A DNA stretch of 64,000 nt from Eubacteriales bacterium (GCA_045638685.1 JAZUBT010000014.1:2147-66146); one strand, 5' to 3'. Counted from the first letter of the stretch, positions 27,519-37,272 are shown. A program made the numbers and translations. Notes: generated from the letters alone by a model not told the origin.

Positions 27519-28733
27519 TTAGGTTCTGTAATCTCCGTTGATTTTTACGTACTCGTAGGTAAGATCGCAGCCGTACGCGGTAGCATCGGCTTCTCCGTCT
27601 CCGAGCTGAACCTTTATAATAATGTCGTCCTCAAGGAGAATTTCCTTAGCCTTCTCCTCGGAAAAATCAATTCCTGCTCCGTCTTTACATACCGGAATTT
27701 CACCCTTCGCGCTAACAAACGTTACGTCAACCTTGTTTATATCAACCTCGGCGCCGCTGTAACCGATAGCACAGAGCACGCGTCCCCAGTTAGCATCGGA
27801 TCCAAACATTGCCGCCTTTACGAGCGATGAGCAGATTACACTTTTTGCTATAATTCGGGCGTTTTCCTTATCCTTTGCTCCGGTAACTGCGCATTCAAGA
27901 AGCTTAGATGCTCCCTCACCGTCCTTGGCAATTGCCTTACAAAGCTTTGTTGTAACCGCGTTAAACGCAGCGGTAAAGCTGTAAAAATCGTCGTTTATCT
28001 CCGTTATTTCGGTATTTCCCGCCATTCCGTTCGCAATAACCGAAAGCATATCGTTCGTCGAGGTATCTCCGTCAACCGAAATCATATTAAAGGTATCTTT
28101 AACGTCGTTTTTAACTACTTTATTTAACATTTCCGAGGAAATAGCGCAGTCGGTTGTAACGAATACGAGCATAGTAGCCATATTCGGATGTATCATTCCC
28201 GAGCCCTTTGCGATACCTCCTATGCGGCAGGTCTTTCCCCCCGCAGTGAACTCAACGGCAACCTCCTTAAGCTTTGTGTCGGTCGTCATTATAGCGTTTG
28301 CCGCATCCTGACTGTTGTCATATCCGAGAGCCTCGGTAAGCTCCTTCATTCCGTTCTTTATCGGAGTAATATCAAGAGGCTGACCTATAACACCGGTTGA
28401 AGCGCAGATAACATCGCTTGACTTAATATCGGTGTACTCCTCTACAAGCTTACACATAGCCTCCGCAATTTCTATTCCGTTTGCGTTACAGGTGTTGGCG
28501 TTTCCGCTGTTACATATTATCGCCTGCGCGTAGCCGTCGGCAATATTTTTCCTTGTAACGGTTATAGGCGCACCCTTTACAAGGTTCTGAGTATAAACGC
28601 TCGCGGCGGTACATTTTTTATCGCTTATAATAAGAGCAAGGTCCTTTTTGCTCTTATTTTTACGTATTCCGCAGTGTATTCCCGCAGCCTTAAAGCCTAT
28701 GGCGGCGGTAACTCCACCGTTAATGTATTTCAT
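27519..28733 (-). CDS. argJ: Bifunctional glutamate N-acetyltransferase / amino-acid acetyltransferase
   Basis: MKYINGGVTAAIGFKAAG N-terminus, autoprocessing site region ATMLVFVTTD, C-terminal YVKINGDYRT. The ATG at 28733 has a GGAG 7 nt upstream. Confidence 0.92.
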   Translation of the reverse strand: MKYINGGVTAAIGFKAAGIHCGIRKNKSKKDLALIISDKKCTAASVYTQNLVKGAPITVTRKNIADGYAQAIICNSGNANTCNANGIEIAEAMCKLVEEYTDIKSSDVICASTGVIGQPLDITPIKNGMKELTEALGYDNSQDAANAIMTTDTKLKEVAVEFTAGGKTCRIGGIAKGSGMIHPNMATMLVFVTTDCAISSEMLNKVVKNDVKDTFNMISVDGDTSTNDMLSVIANGMAGNTEITEINDDFYSFTAAFNAVTTKLCKAIAKDGEGASKLLECAVTGAKDKENARIIAKSVICSSLVKAAMFGSDANWGRVLCAIGYSGAEVDINKVDVTFVSAKGEIPVCKDGAGIDFSEEKAKEILLEDDIIIKVQLGDGEADATAYGCDLTYEYVKINGDYRT

Positions 28734-28957
28734 ATTAAACTCCATTCCGCTGCCGTTAGCAGCCGTACAAAATTATAACCAAATTTCTGTGTTTTAAAAG
28801 GGTGTAAAACAAAATAAATCGTTTAGACCTTCAAGAAATTTCGGGCGTAAAATCCTTTTTATCTGCACAAGTTAAGCGTTACGCTAACCGTTTTCCTTCC
28901 GTTTTCACACAGACGGTGCAGGAAGCTAAACGTTCCCTGCACCATCATTACAGTAAA

Positions 28958-30190
28958 TCAGTCCTTCTTATTCTTTGCGTCAATCATCGCCTTGACCTTA
29001 ATAGGAAGTCCAAAGAGATTTATAAATCCTGCGGAATCCTTCTGGTCGTAAACGTGATCCTCGTCAAAGGTTGCAATCTCCTCGTCGTAGAGAGAGTACG
29101 GAGAGGTTACGCCTGCGTTAATCATATTTCCCTTATAGAGACAAAGCGTTACGTCGCCGGTTACGGTCTCCTGAGTCTTGTCAACGAATGCGGAGAGAGC
29201 CTCACGAAGAGGTGTGAACCACTGACCGAAATATACAAGCTCAGCAAAGCGTCCCGCTACAAGCTCCTTGTAGTGCTGCGTATCTCTGTCAAGCGTAAGG
29301 GTTTCAAGAACCTCATGCGCTCTGTAAAGAATGGTTCCGCCGGGAGTTTCGTAAACACCTCTCGATTTCATACCAACGAGACGGTTTTCAACGAGGTCGG
29401 CAAGACCAATTCCGTTTTCTCCGCCTATCTTATTGAGCTTTTCAATTATTTCAACCGCAGAAAGCTTCTCGCCGTCTATCGCGACCGGAATACCCTTTTC
29501 AAAGCTGATTTTTACGTAGGACGGCTTATCGGGAGCCTTAAAGGGCGAAATTCCGAGTTCAAGGAAGCCTTCCTTATCGTACATAGGCATATTTGCGGGA
29601 TTTTCAAGGTCGAGTCCCTCGTGGGAAAGGTGCCAGAGGTTCTTATCCTTTGAATAGTTGGTTTCACGGTTAATCTTAAGCGGAATGTTGTGCGCCTCCG
29701 CGTAGTCTATCTCCTCGTCTCTCGACTTGATGTTCCACTCACGCCAGGGAGCGATTATCTTCATTTCGGGAGCAAATGCTTTTATAGTAAGCTCGAAACG
29801 AACCTGGTCGTTTCCTTTTCCGGTACAGCCGTGGCAGATTGCGTCGGCTCCCTCAGCCTTTGCTATCTCAACAATTCTCTTTGCAATTACGGGACGTGCA
29901 AAAGAGGTTCCGAGGAGATAATCACCCTCGTATTTTGCACCCGCCTTAAGTGTCGGGAATATAAAGTCCTCGACAAATTCCTTTTTAAGGTCTTCGATGT
30001 AGAGCTTGGACGCGCCCGTCTTTATAGCCTTCTCTTCAAGTCCGTCAAGCTCGGTTCCCTGACCGACGTCTCCCGAAACAGCGATAACCTCACAGTTATC
30101 GTAATTTTCCTTTAACCACGGTATAATTATAGAGGTATCAAGACCTCCCGAATATGCTAAAACTACCTTTTTTATTTTCTTGTCCGACAT
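28958..30190 (-). CDS. argG: Argininosuccinate synthase
   Basis: [14 protein letters not shown]-loop and [13 protein letters not shown]. The start MSDKKIKK at 30190 has a GGAG RBS. The ORF-track start at 30241 lies inside the promoter. Confidence 0.93.
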   Translation of the reverse strand: MSDKKIKKVVLAYSGGLDTSIIIPWLKENYDNCEVIAVSGDVGQGTELDGLEEKAIKTGASKLYIEDLKKEFVEDFIFPTLKAGAKYEGDYLLGTSFARPVIAKRIVEIAKAEGADAICHGCTGKGNDQVRFELTIKAFAPEMKIIAPWREWNIKSRDEEIDYAEAHNIPLKINRETNYSKDKNLWHLSHEGLDLENPANMPMYDKEGFLELGISPFKAPDKPSYVKISFEKGIPVAIDGEKLSAVEIIEKLNKIGGENGIGLADLVENRLVGMKSRGVYETPGGTILYRAHEVLETLTLDRDTQHYKELVAGRFAELVYFGQWFTPLREALSAFVDKTQETVTGDVTLCLYKGNMINAGVTSPYSLYDEEIATFDEDHVYDQKDSAGFINLFGLPIKVKAMIDAKNKKD

Positions 30191-30232
30191 TTTTTTGTCT
30201 CCTTTAAATATGTTTTGTAAGTTTATGCAACA

Positions 30233-30261
30233 ATTATACACTATTTATCTTGATTTGTCAA
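30233..30261 (-). promoter_or_regulatory. Sigma-A consensus promoter for argG
   Basis: On the minus strand, TTGACA (30256-30261), 17 nt, TGTATAAT (-10 at 30233-30238). Confidence 0.75.
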
Positions 30262-30501
30262 GTACTTTTTTGCAAAAAAACAAGATTTTTTCACTAAATA
30301 ATTATAATAAATCTCTACACGGCTGTTTTTTAAAGATTCCAAATCGTACCCCTGAAGTCCGGAGTGTATTTTTTGTGAATATTTATAATAATTATTCAGC
30401 GTTTATTCTTTTTGACAAAAACAGAAATTAAAATAAATAGCAAAAAAAGTCTTAAAAAAGCGATTTTTAGAAATTTTTTAATTTAAATTATGAAAACCCT
30501 C

Positions 30502-30530
30502 TTGCATTTGCACAAAAATTGTGCTATACT
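30502..30530 (+). promoter_or_regulatory. Sigma-A-type promoter for the AraC-family gene, with a perfect palindrome in the spacer
   Basis: TTGCAT (30502-30507), 17 nt, TATACT (30525-30530). The spacer contains GCACAA-AAA-TTGTGC (30510-30524). Confidence 0.65.
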
Positions 30531-30574
30531 AATATAAATGGTAAATTTGTATTACAGAAATGAGGTCCCGCATT

Positions 30575-31519
30575 ATGAATCCCTACTGCGAAAATCCTAC
30601 CGAGCCGCTTCGCATACAAAAGGTAGAAAATTTCCGTATAACTCCGCATCTTCACACCTCTGCGGAGCTTATCTACATTGAAAAAGGAGATGCCCTTCTC
30701 ACACTCGGCTCTCTTGAATTCAATTTATATTCCGGAGATTTCGCTTTGATTATGCCAAGCACACTCCACAGCGTAACGCCTGTTTCGGAGGAGCTGACGT
30801 TATACGTCATAAATGCAAAGTGCGATCTTATTCCGGATATTACAAAGCGTCTCAGCGGTCTGCGCCCCGCATCTCCCGTTTTAAGAAGGGTGGATGTTCC
30901 GCAGAACCTTCTTTACGCATTCTCCGCAGTCGCTGCCGAAAGAGACCGTTACATAGCGCACAGTTGGATACACCTTATGTTCACCATTGTTATATCCGGA
31001 CTGCGTTTTGCTGAGATACACGACGGAGTTACCTCTAATCTTTCAAACAGAGTTCTTTCCTATCTCGGAATGCATTACCGCGAGCAGATTTCGCTCGATC
31101 AGCTTGCTGAGGCAATGGGAGTTAGCCGTTTCCATCTCTCTCACCTTTTCTCAAACAAGCTTGGAATAGGCTTCAAGGAGTATCTTAACAATTTAAGAGT
31201 TGAATACGCCAAGGGGCTTCTTCGTACCACCGACACCCCTATCGCAAGCATTTACGAGATTTCGGGATTTGAAAATCAGCGTACCTTTAATCGCGTATTT
31301 AAGGAAAACACCGGCGCTTCTCCCCGCGACTACCGTCTCGGACGTGAAAGCTTCGGCGTTCCGGATCCTAAAAAGATTGACGTAACAATTCCTACCCTTG
31401 ATAAAACCGTTCCGACTCTTTCAAGGATAGATATTGCGGACGAGTATATTGACACACCTCTTGTAATTGAGGAAGCCGAGCCTGTAAAGACAAGGGCTTC
31501 ACGCCGTACAAAAAAATAG
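30575..31519 (+). CDS. AraC-family transcriptional regulator (N-terminal cupin, C-terminal double HTH)
   Basis: C-terminal LDQLAEAMGVSRFHLSHLFSNKLG...IYEISGFENQRTFNRVFKENTGASPRDYR is the AraC HTH signature. The ATG at 30575 has a GAGG upstream. Confidence 0.85.
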   Translation: MNPYCENPTEPLRIQKVENFRITPHLHTSAELIYIEKGDALLTLGSLEFNLYSGDFALIMPSTLHSVTPVSEELTLYVINAKCDLIPDITKRLSGLRPASPVLRRVDVPQNLLYAFSAVAAERDRYIAHSWIHLMFTIVISGLRFAEIHDGVTSNLSNRVLSYLGMHYREQISLDQLAEAMGVSRFHLSHLFSNKLGIGFKEYLNNLRVEYAKGLLRTTDTPIASIYEISGFENQRTFNRVFKENTGASPRDYRLGRESFGVPDPKKIDVTIPTLDKTVPTLSRIDIADEYIDTPLVIEEAEPVKTRASRRTKK

Positions 31520-31586
31520 TAAAACGGCAGAAACGCCTAAGGTAAAAAACAAGAACAACGCTTGGTTCTTTTGATTTTAAAACATT

Positions 31587-31618
31587 AAGCGATCAACGAT
31601 TCGTTGGTCGCTTTTTTA
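31587..31618 (+). terminator. Intrinsic terminator after the AraC-family gene
   Basis: AAGCGATCAACG-att-CGTTGGTCGCTT followed by TTTT. A weaker hairpin AAGAAC...GTTCTT sits just upstream. Confidence 0.75.
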
Positions 31619-31809
31619 TGTATCGCAAAACGTAAGTATTCCCTTTATTACGCGCATATTTTACATAAAAATATAAAAACATCTTGATTTTAGCGTAATG
31701 ATATGATAAAATAGTTTTATACAATCATTTGTTATTTTATAACAAAACCACCTAACATAATGTAATTTTAGATAAAGTTTTATGATTTTAATAATATAAG
31801 GAGCTGTCT

Positions 31810-33045
31810 ATGAAAAAAATATACGGTAAAAACGCTCTTGTCGGTCAGTCCGGCGGTCCCACCGCGGCTATTAACGCCTCTCTTTCCGGTGTTATCTCCG
31901 AGTGGCTTGAAAATCAGAGCGGTACTCTTTACGGAATGGCAAACGGAATAACAGGTATTCTCGACGAAAGGCTTTATAATCTCACAGAAATTTTCAGCGG
32001 AAAAACGAGCGACCTTGAACGTCTGAAGCTCACGCCCGCTGCGGCTCTCGGCTCTTGCAGAAAAAAGCTTCCAACCTATGAAAACGACGGGCAGTTTTAC
32101 GAAACGCTTTTCGGTCTTTTTGAAAAATATGAAATAGGTTATTTTTTCTACATAGGCGGCAACGATTCAATGGACACGGTGGCAAAGCTCTCAGCTTACG
32201 CCGAGGCGCGTGATATAGACGTTAAATTCGTCGGCATACCGAAAACGGTTGACAACGACCTTTGCGGAACCGACCACACTCCCGGCTTTGGCTCCGCTGC
32301 GAAGTTTGTTGCTTCGGTTTGTGCCGAAACCAAGCGCGATACCGCTGTTTACACACAAAAATCTGTTACTGTAATTGAGATTATGGGACGCGACGCGGGC
32401 TGGCTTACCGCCTCCGCAGCTCTTGCTAAAACAAAACACACGAGCGGTCCCGATCTTATATATCTTCCTGAGGTTCCTTTCTCCTTCCAGCAGTGCTTTA
32501 ACGATATTAAGCGTTGCTGGGAAACGAGTCCCGACGTTCTTATTGCCGTTTCAGAGGGCATAAGAGATAAGGACGGAAATTACATAAGCGCCGATTCCAC
32601 TAAAAAGGATACGTTTGGACACGCAATGCTCTGCGGAGCGGCGAATATGCTCAAAAACCGCGTCGAGGAGTATTTCGGGTGCAAGGTTCGTGCCATTGAG
32701 GTAAATACTCCGCAGCGTAGCGCAGGACACTGTCTCTCGCTTACCGACATTAATGAATCGTTTAACGTCGGCGCATTTGGTGTAAAGGAAGCGATAAGCG
32801 GAAAAAGCGGAATAATGGCGGCAACCGTAAGAATTTCGGACGCTCCGTACACCGTAAAAAACGAGTCGTTCCCCGTACGTGATATTGCAAACAAGGTAAA
32901 GAGTGTTCCGCGTGAATTTATTAACGCCGAGGGCAACTACGTTACCGAGGCGGCGCTTACATACCTTCGCCCGCTGATTTTAGGCGAGTGCAGTCTTTTA
33001 TACTCCGACGGAGTACCGATGCACTACGTTTTTCCGAAGATATGA
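31810..33045 (+). CDS. pfp: 6-phosphofructokinase of the pyrophosphate-dependent type (PPi--fructose-6-phosphate 1-phosphotransferase)
   Basis: PFK fold motifs GQSGGPTAAINAS, IGGNDSMDT, GIPKTVDNDL and MGRDAGWL. An Asp in GGNDS and a Lys in PKTVDND occupy the two positions (E. coli Gly104/Gly124) that distinguish PPi- from ATP-dependent enzymes. Confidence 0.8.
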   Translation: MKKIYGKNALVGQSGGPTAAINASLSGVISEWLENQSGTLYGMANGITGILDERLYNLTEIFSGKTSDLERLKLTPAAALGSCRKKLPTYENDGQFYETLFGLFEKYEIGYFFYIGGNDSMDTVAKLSAYAEARDIDVKFVGIPKTVDNDLCGTDHTPGFGSAAKFVASVCAETKRDTAVYTQKSVTVIEIMGRDAGWLTASAALAKTKHTSGPDLIYLPEVPFSFQQCFNDIKRCWETSPDVLIAVSEGIRDKDGNYISADSTKKDTFGHAMLCGAANMLKNRVEEYFGCKVRAIEVNTPQRSAGHCLSLTDINESFNVGAFGVKEAISGKSGIMAATVRISDAPYTVKNESFPVRDIANKVKSVPREFINAEGNYVTEAALTYLRPLILGECSLLYSDGVPMHYVFPKI

Positions 33046-33081
33046 TAAAAAGCCTTCTCCTGCAGGAGAAGGCTTTTTTGT
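33046..33081. terminator. Bidirectional intrinsic terminator between pfp (+) and the TIR gene (-)
   Basis: Perfect palindrome AAGCCTTCTCCTGCAGGAGAAGGCTT, flanked by an A-run and a T-run. Confidence 0.85.
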
Positions 33082-33085
33082 TTGT

Positions 33086-35590
33086 TTATTTGATTTCTAT
33101 CCACATTGCGGGACGAACTGCCGTACTGCTTACGTTTTTTGCGCTGCCGTGAACTCCGTTACCGCTTTCGCTGATATTACCGGTATCTCCGACGAAGGTT
33201 GCAGAATCCTGTCTGTGTCCCGGTGTACGCAGCCACCACATGCCATAACCTCCGTTGCTCTTAAAATAGCTTGCTCCTTGCGTTGCCGCAAACCACGTAG
33301 GCTTACATTTCCTTTCCTTTTCCGAGCTGAAATACGTGTTTGCCTCTGAAACGCTTAATAAAAATATGTAATCCTGCGTTGCGTTTCCGGGAGAGGTGTC
33401 GTAATCCGGGTTGCTGTCTGCCGGAACGTCAGAAAGTACAATCAGCTCCTTGTCCTCGGCGGAAAACGCCGCATTAAAGAAACCGTTATTAAGCCACCTG
33501 CGGAGAGAACACGTTTCCCACGTTACGTCAGTGTAGGTTTCGTTGTATTTTTTACAGTCAAGGCCGTATTTGCTGATAACGAGCGCTTTTCCGTCCTTTA
33601 CGTCAAGAACGAGCCACTCTATCGGCTCTTCGTCGTACGACCACTGATCGTACTTACCAAGCTTAATATAGCCTCCGACCTCGACAACTCCGAGTCTGTC
33701 GTAGGCCTCTTGTCCGTATTGCGCTATAAACAAATTTTTGCGCGCTAAAACGCTTTCCTCCATTTTCGCGACGCTGTCTTTATATTCACCCAGTTTCTCG
33801 AATTTCGCTATCGCCTCGGTGTATCTGAGTTCGCTCATGAGCGCTATCGCATCGTTATACATCACACTCGGAAGGATAACTGTATTAAGAACAATAACAA
33901 ACGCAATAACAAAGGCTACGGCTGACGTTGCGATAAAAGCAATTTTTATTTTGCGTTTCTTTCTTTTTTCATTTTCTATGCGTCGCTCTTCCGCCTGTCT
34001 TTCAAGCTTTATTTTCTCCGCTTTTTCTCTTTCCAGCTTCTCTTTAAGGCTCGCCGCCTCCTTGATACGCTCTGCCTCGCGCGCCGCCTCCGCTGCGCGT
34101 TCCCTTTCTATGCGTTCATCCTCCGCCTTTTTCTGAAGTCGCTGTATTTTTTCCTCGCAAGCGCGAGCGCGGTCCCTCGCATCTTTATAATCAGCAATAG
34201 AATTAAACACTTCTACGGCTTTTTTAAGCTTTGAAATATTATACGTCTTATAATCGTCCATCGCTTTAAGGTAAACTGACTCACGGTTTGCGGCTTCATT
34301 ACGCTCGTTTATCTCTTTAATGTAACCGTCAAGCTCGGCGTTAAGCGCCCCGTCGCCAAAACGGGCTAATTTTTTATAATTTCCGCTGCCATCAAACGGC
34401 TTTGCGCAGTGCTTTAAATCCTCTCGCTTTTTAACGTTAAGCTCCGCCATAAGCTTTCCGAGATACGCGCTCGGATTTTTGGGCTCCTGATTTAAAACCT
34501 GCTCACAAAACTCGTCTGCTTTTTCAAAATCTCCGTCCTCAAGGAACATAAATGCGCGTTCAATCAGCGCGGCGGTGTTAACGCCGCCCACAATCGGTGC
34601 GCCGCCCGGCTCTCTTATCACGGTGGTTTCCTTTATAACCGGCTCCTTGATTACGGTTTCCTTTATCTCCCTTACAACAGTTTCCTGCTTTGGCTTAAAG
34701 CTCTCCATAACCTTTTTGATTCCGCGAACAAGGTCGTTTGCAAAACCGATTTTTCCCATATCCTGCGCCTGAAGATGCGCAAATTCGTCGGGAAGATCGT
34801 ACGCGTCCATATCGCGATAGCAAGGAATAAGAAGCTTTTTTCTGTCCTTTTTGATAATTTTCAGGTATCTTGACCACTCGTTTTTAACCCAGATAGCGTT
34901 GAAGTATTCGGGCTTGGTTCCTACAACAAGCATAACCTTTGCGGAGTTAAGAGCGGCGAAAATTATTGGCTCGTAGTCGCGTCCGAGCTTGCCCTCAAGC
35001 GTTATAGCGGCATAAAAAACCTTAAACCCTGCGTCTGTCAGCTCGTAATAAATATCGTTAGCAATAACGCTGTCGCGGGTTTTACCTCCGGTTTCGTCCG
35101 TTTCCTTATAACAGATAAAAACGTCGTAGCTCTCCTCTTTTTGCGCGAGTGCTAAAATATCCTTCTGTATCCTGTCAATCTCCCTTGCCTGTTCTTCGTA
35201 AAGTGTGCGGCGCTCGTAGTCTGCGTGTTCGATAGCGGATTTAAAATCTCCGTCTGCTATTATTGAATCAAATGAAGCTCTATGGCAGGTGGGAACCATT
35301 TTACCGCTTGACTTATCGTCAACGTACTCTATACCGTATTTACACAGCACAAGTCCATAGTAAGCCTCCGATTCGTTTGGCGCGGTTTCCACTATCTTTT
35401 CATAAACAGCCTCCGCCTTGTCAAACTCACATCTGCGACGAAGAGCGTTTGCCCTGTTAAATAGGTTACGAAGGCTATCGTCCTCCGCCTTTGGAAGCGT
35501 CTGCTTCGTGCGACAGTATTTACACTCGGCAATCGCAGCTCCTTCAGTTATATCAAGATCGCCGCCGCAAAATTTACAGTTAAGTAGCAT
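33086..35590 (-). CDS. Single-pass membrane protein: N-terminal zinc ribbon, TIR domain, coiled coil, TM helix, C-terminal DUF6273-like domain
   Basis: CKFCGG...CKYC (aa 5-27). TIR signature YDVFICYKETD...GFKVFYAA...SAKVMLVVGT...WVKNEW (aa ~154-285). E/R/K-rich coiled coil (aa 470-545). KRKKRK followed by IKIAFIATSAVAFVIAFVIVLNTVILPSV (aa 548-575). EWLVLD...RRWLN...WWLRTPG...VRPAMWI (aa ~640-834). Confidence 0.8.
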   Translation of the reverse strand: MLLNCKFCGGDLDITEGAAIAECKYCRTKQTLPKAEDDSLRNLFNRANALRRRCEFDKAEAVYEKIVETAPNESEAYYGLVLCKYGIEYVDDKSSGKMVPTCHRASFDSIIADGDFKSAIEHADYERRTLYEEQAREIDRIQKDILALAQKEESYDVFICYKETDETGGKTRDSVIANDIYYELTDAGFKVFYAAITLEGKLGRDYEPIIFAALNSAKVMLVVGTKPEYFNAIWVKNEWSRYLKIIKKDRKKLLIPCYRDMDAYDLPDEFAHLQAQDMGKIGFANDLVRGIKKVMESFKPKQETVVREIKETVIKEPVIKETTVIREPGGAPIVGGVNTAALIERAFMFLEDGDFEKADEFCEQVLNQEPKNPSAYLGKLMAELNVKKREDLKHCAKPFDGSGNYKKLARFGDGALNAELDGYIKEINERNEAANRESVYLKAMDDYKTYNISKLKKAVEVFNSIADYKDARDRARACEEKIQRLQKKAEDERIERERAAEAAREAERIKEAASLKEKLEREKAEKIKLERQAEERRIENEKRKKRKIKIAFIATSAVAFVIAFVIVLNTVILPSVMYNDAIALMSELRYTEAIAKFEKLGEYKDSVAKMEESVLARKNLFIAQYGQEAYDRLGVVEVGGYIKLGKYDQWSYDEEPIEWLVLDVKDGKALVISKYGLDCKKYNETYTDVTWETCSLRRWLNNGFFNAAFSAEDKELIVLSDVPADSNPDYDTSPGNATQDYIFLLSVSEANTYFSSEKERKCKPTWFAATQGASYFKSNGGYGMWWLRTPGHRQDSATFVGDTGNISESGNGVHGSAKNVSSTAVRPAMWIEIK

Positions 35591-35642
35591 TTTTTATTCC
35601 TTCTTTTTTATTTTTGACAAAAATAAATTCTTTGTCAAATTT

Positions 35643-35671
35643 AGTATAACACTTTTTTCATATTTTGTCAA
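35643..35671 (-). promoter_or_regulatory. Sigma-A-type promoter for the TIR-domain gene
   Basis: On the minus strand, CGCGCGTA-TTGACA (35666-35671), 17 nt, TGtTATACT (35643-35648). The same CGCGCGTA upstream element occurs at the two LRR promoters. Confidence 0.7.
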
Positions 35672-35740
35672 TACGCGCGTAAATAAACAAGCATTCTGCT
35701 CTCACAAATATATGTTTTACAAGTTCTGCGCACGGTTTTA

Positions 35741-35786
35741 AAAACAAAAACGGGTACGCCTACAAGTAAGCGCACCCGCGTTTTTA
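35741..35786. terminator. Intrinsic terminator after the downstream Gfo/Idh/MocA gene
   Basis: CGGGTACGCC...GCGCACCCG hairpin, flanked by an A-run (35741-35750) and a T-run (35781-35785). Confidence 0.7.
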
Positions 35787-35803
35787 TTTAGCTTAACTTC
35801 CTA

Positions 35804-36979
35804 TTATACTTCGGGAATGTTAATTTCGATCTCCTTGCCAAGACGAGCGGAATCTGCGATTCCGGAAAGGATAGCCTGGTTGTAGATGATCTGGCTGGTG
35901 GGTACCGGTATAGGAGCGGTTCCCTTACATGCGTCGAGGAAGGAACGAATCTTCTTGTCGAAGAGCGATGCGGATTTATCCTCGGGGATAATCGGTATCT
36001 CGGTGCAAACCTGGCTGCCCGCAACCTCGTGATAAATCTTCATAGGACCGCCAACTGTTCCGTTCCAGCAGTCGGTGCTGGGGATTCTAAGTCCACCCTT
36101 AGTACCGAGAATGATGGTATCACCGGGGGTGTCGATGTTCATAGCCCATGCTATTCTGAAGTCGAGGATAATGTCGCCCTCAAGTCTTATGAACGCAGCT
36201 GCGAAGTCGTCAACTCCGAAGAGCTTTGCATATTCCTCTCTCTTATCGGCACGGTAGCCGCTGTAATTACTGGACTTACCGAAGAAATCGCTCTTATATC
36301 CGGAAACGGTGAGCGGCTTCGGATAACCGATTGCGTTAAGTACCATATCGAGGGAGTAGCATCCGATGTCGGCAAGAGCGCCAAGTCCTGCGGTTCTGTC
36401 CTCGATAAAGGTGGTTCCGAAGGGGGTAGGAATACCGCGACGGCGTCCGCCACCCGTCTGAATGTAGTAGATTTTTCCGAGCTCGCCGCTTTCAACGATC
36501 TCCTTAATCTTCTGCATATTTGCGTCAAGACGCGGCTGGAAGCCTATGGAAATAACCTTTCCGGATTCCTTTTCAGCCTTCATTATCGCGATAGCCTCGT
36601 CAACGGTTACGCACATCGGCTTCTCAAGAAGAACGTGAATACCCGCATTAAGGGTGTCGATAGCGCAGTTTGCGTGCTGACGGTTATATGTACAAATGGA
36701 TACAGCGTCAAGCTTTAAGTTGTCGTTGTCCTCAAGCATTTCCTTGTGGGAAGCGTAATCGGTTTTAACGCCCTCAACTCCGAATTTCTTGAAGAAAGCC
36801 TCTGCCTTTCCGGGAACAATATCAGCACCCGCAACGATTTCAACGTCGGGCATCTTCTTATACGAGATGATGTGCTGCTCTGCGATCCAGCCGGTACCAA
36901 TGATACCTACGCGAAGCTTTTTCGAGGTGTCAATAGCCTTTTTTTCCTGATTTGCTGCATTAGGATCTAAATATGCCAT
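35804..36979 (-). CDS. Gfo/Idh/MocA-family NAD(P)-dependent oxidoreductase (paralog A)
   Basis: N-terminal Rossmann LRVGIIGTGWIA, an EKP motif (VLLEKPM), 391 aa. It is about 80% identical in protein sequence to the gene at 37273-38448. Confidence 0.85.
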   Translation of the reverse strand: MAYLDPNAANQEKKAIDTSKKLRVGIIGTGWIAEQHIISYKKMPDVEIVAGADIVPGKAEAFFKKFGVEGVKTDYASHKEMLEDNDNLKLDAVSICTYNRQHANCAIDTLNAGIHVLLEKPMCVTVDEAIAIMKAEKESGKVISIGFQPRLDANMQKIKEIVESGELGKIYYIQTGGGRRRGIPTPFGTTFIEDRTAGLGALADIGCYSLDMVLNAIGYPKPLTVSGYKSDFFGKSSNYSGYRADKREEYAKLFGVDDFAAAFIRLEGDIILDFRIAWAMNIDTPGDTIILGTKGGLRIPSTDCWNGTVGGPMKIYHEVAGSQVCTEIPIIPEDKSASLFDKKIRSFLDACKGTAPIPVPTSQIIYNQAILSGIADSARLGKEIEINIPEV

Positions 36980-37034
36980 TTTATTTTCTCCTTTTAAAAG
37001 AATAAATTTACGTAAGTTTTCTTACTTAACTCAT

Positions 37035-37063
37035 AGTATATCATAATATTTATAAAATTTCAA
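37035..37063 (-). promoter_or_regulatory. Sigma-A-type promoter for Gfo/Idh/MocA paralog A
   Basis: On the minus strand, TTGAAA (37058-37063), 17 nt, TATACT (37035-37040). Confidence 0.65.
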
Positions 37064-37272
37064 GGGGTTTTTATTATTTTTATAGATATTTCACAATTAT
37101 TTTTCGACTTTTTTCCTCCCCCTATGTAATGGGAGATGCTGAACAAAGCAACGCGGAAGGGTTGTAAAAGAAAAGGTTTCATTAAAAGACTCCCACGCAC
37201 CTAACCCCGTTTGGAGCAGTTTGCGGCGCAAGCTTATCTCCTTACACAAGGTCGCCAAAATACATAATTTGT

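Noticed and set aside
28916-29653. 245-aa + strand ORF; also similar ORFs at 36029-36718, 41579-42250, 56883-57755 and 61369-62025
   Set aside because: All are embedded antisense in well-supported genes (argG, Gfo/Idh/MocA, the HGD-D-like gene, ylxQ-ylxR-nusA, mfd). None has an RBS or a recognisable domain.
30383-30411. Possible ArgR (ARG-box) operator, TGTGAATATTTATAATAATTATTCAGC, between argG and the AraC gene
   Set aside because: TGAAT and ATTCA are 13 nt apart instead of 4. Only overlapping half-matches to the 18-bp ARG box can be drawn. The site lies more than 120 bp upstream of the argG -35. This is too weak to call without a scoring matrix.
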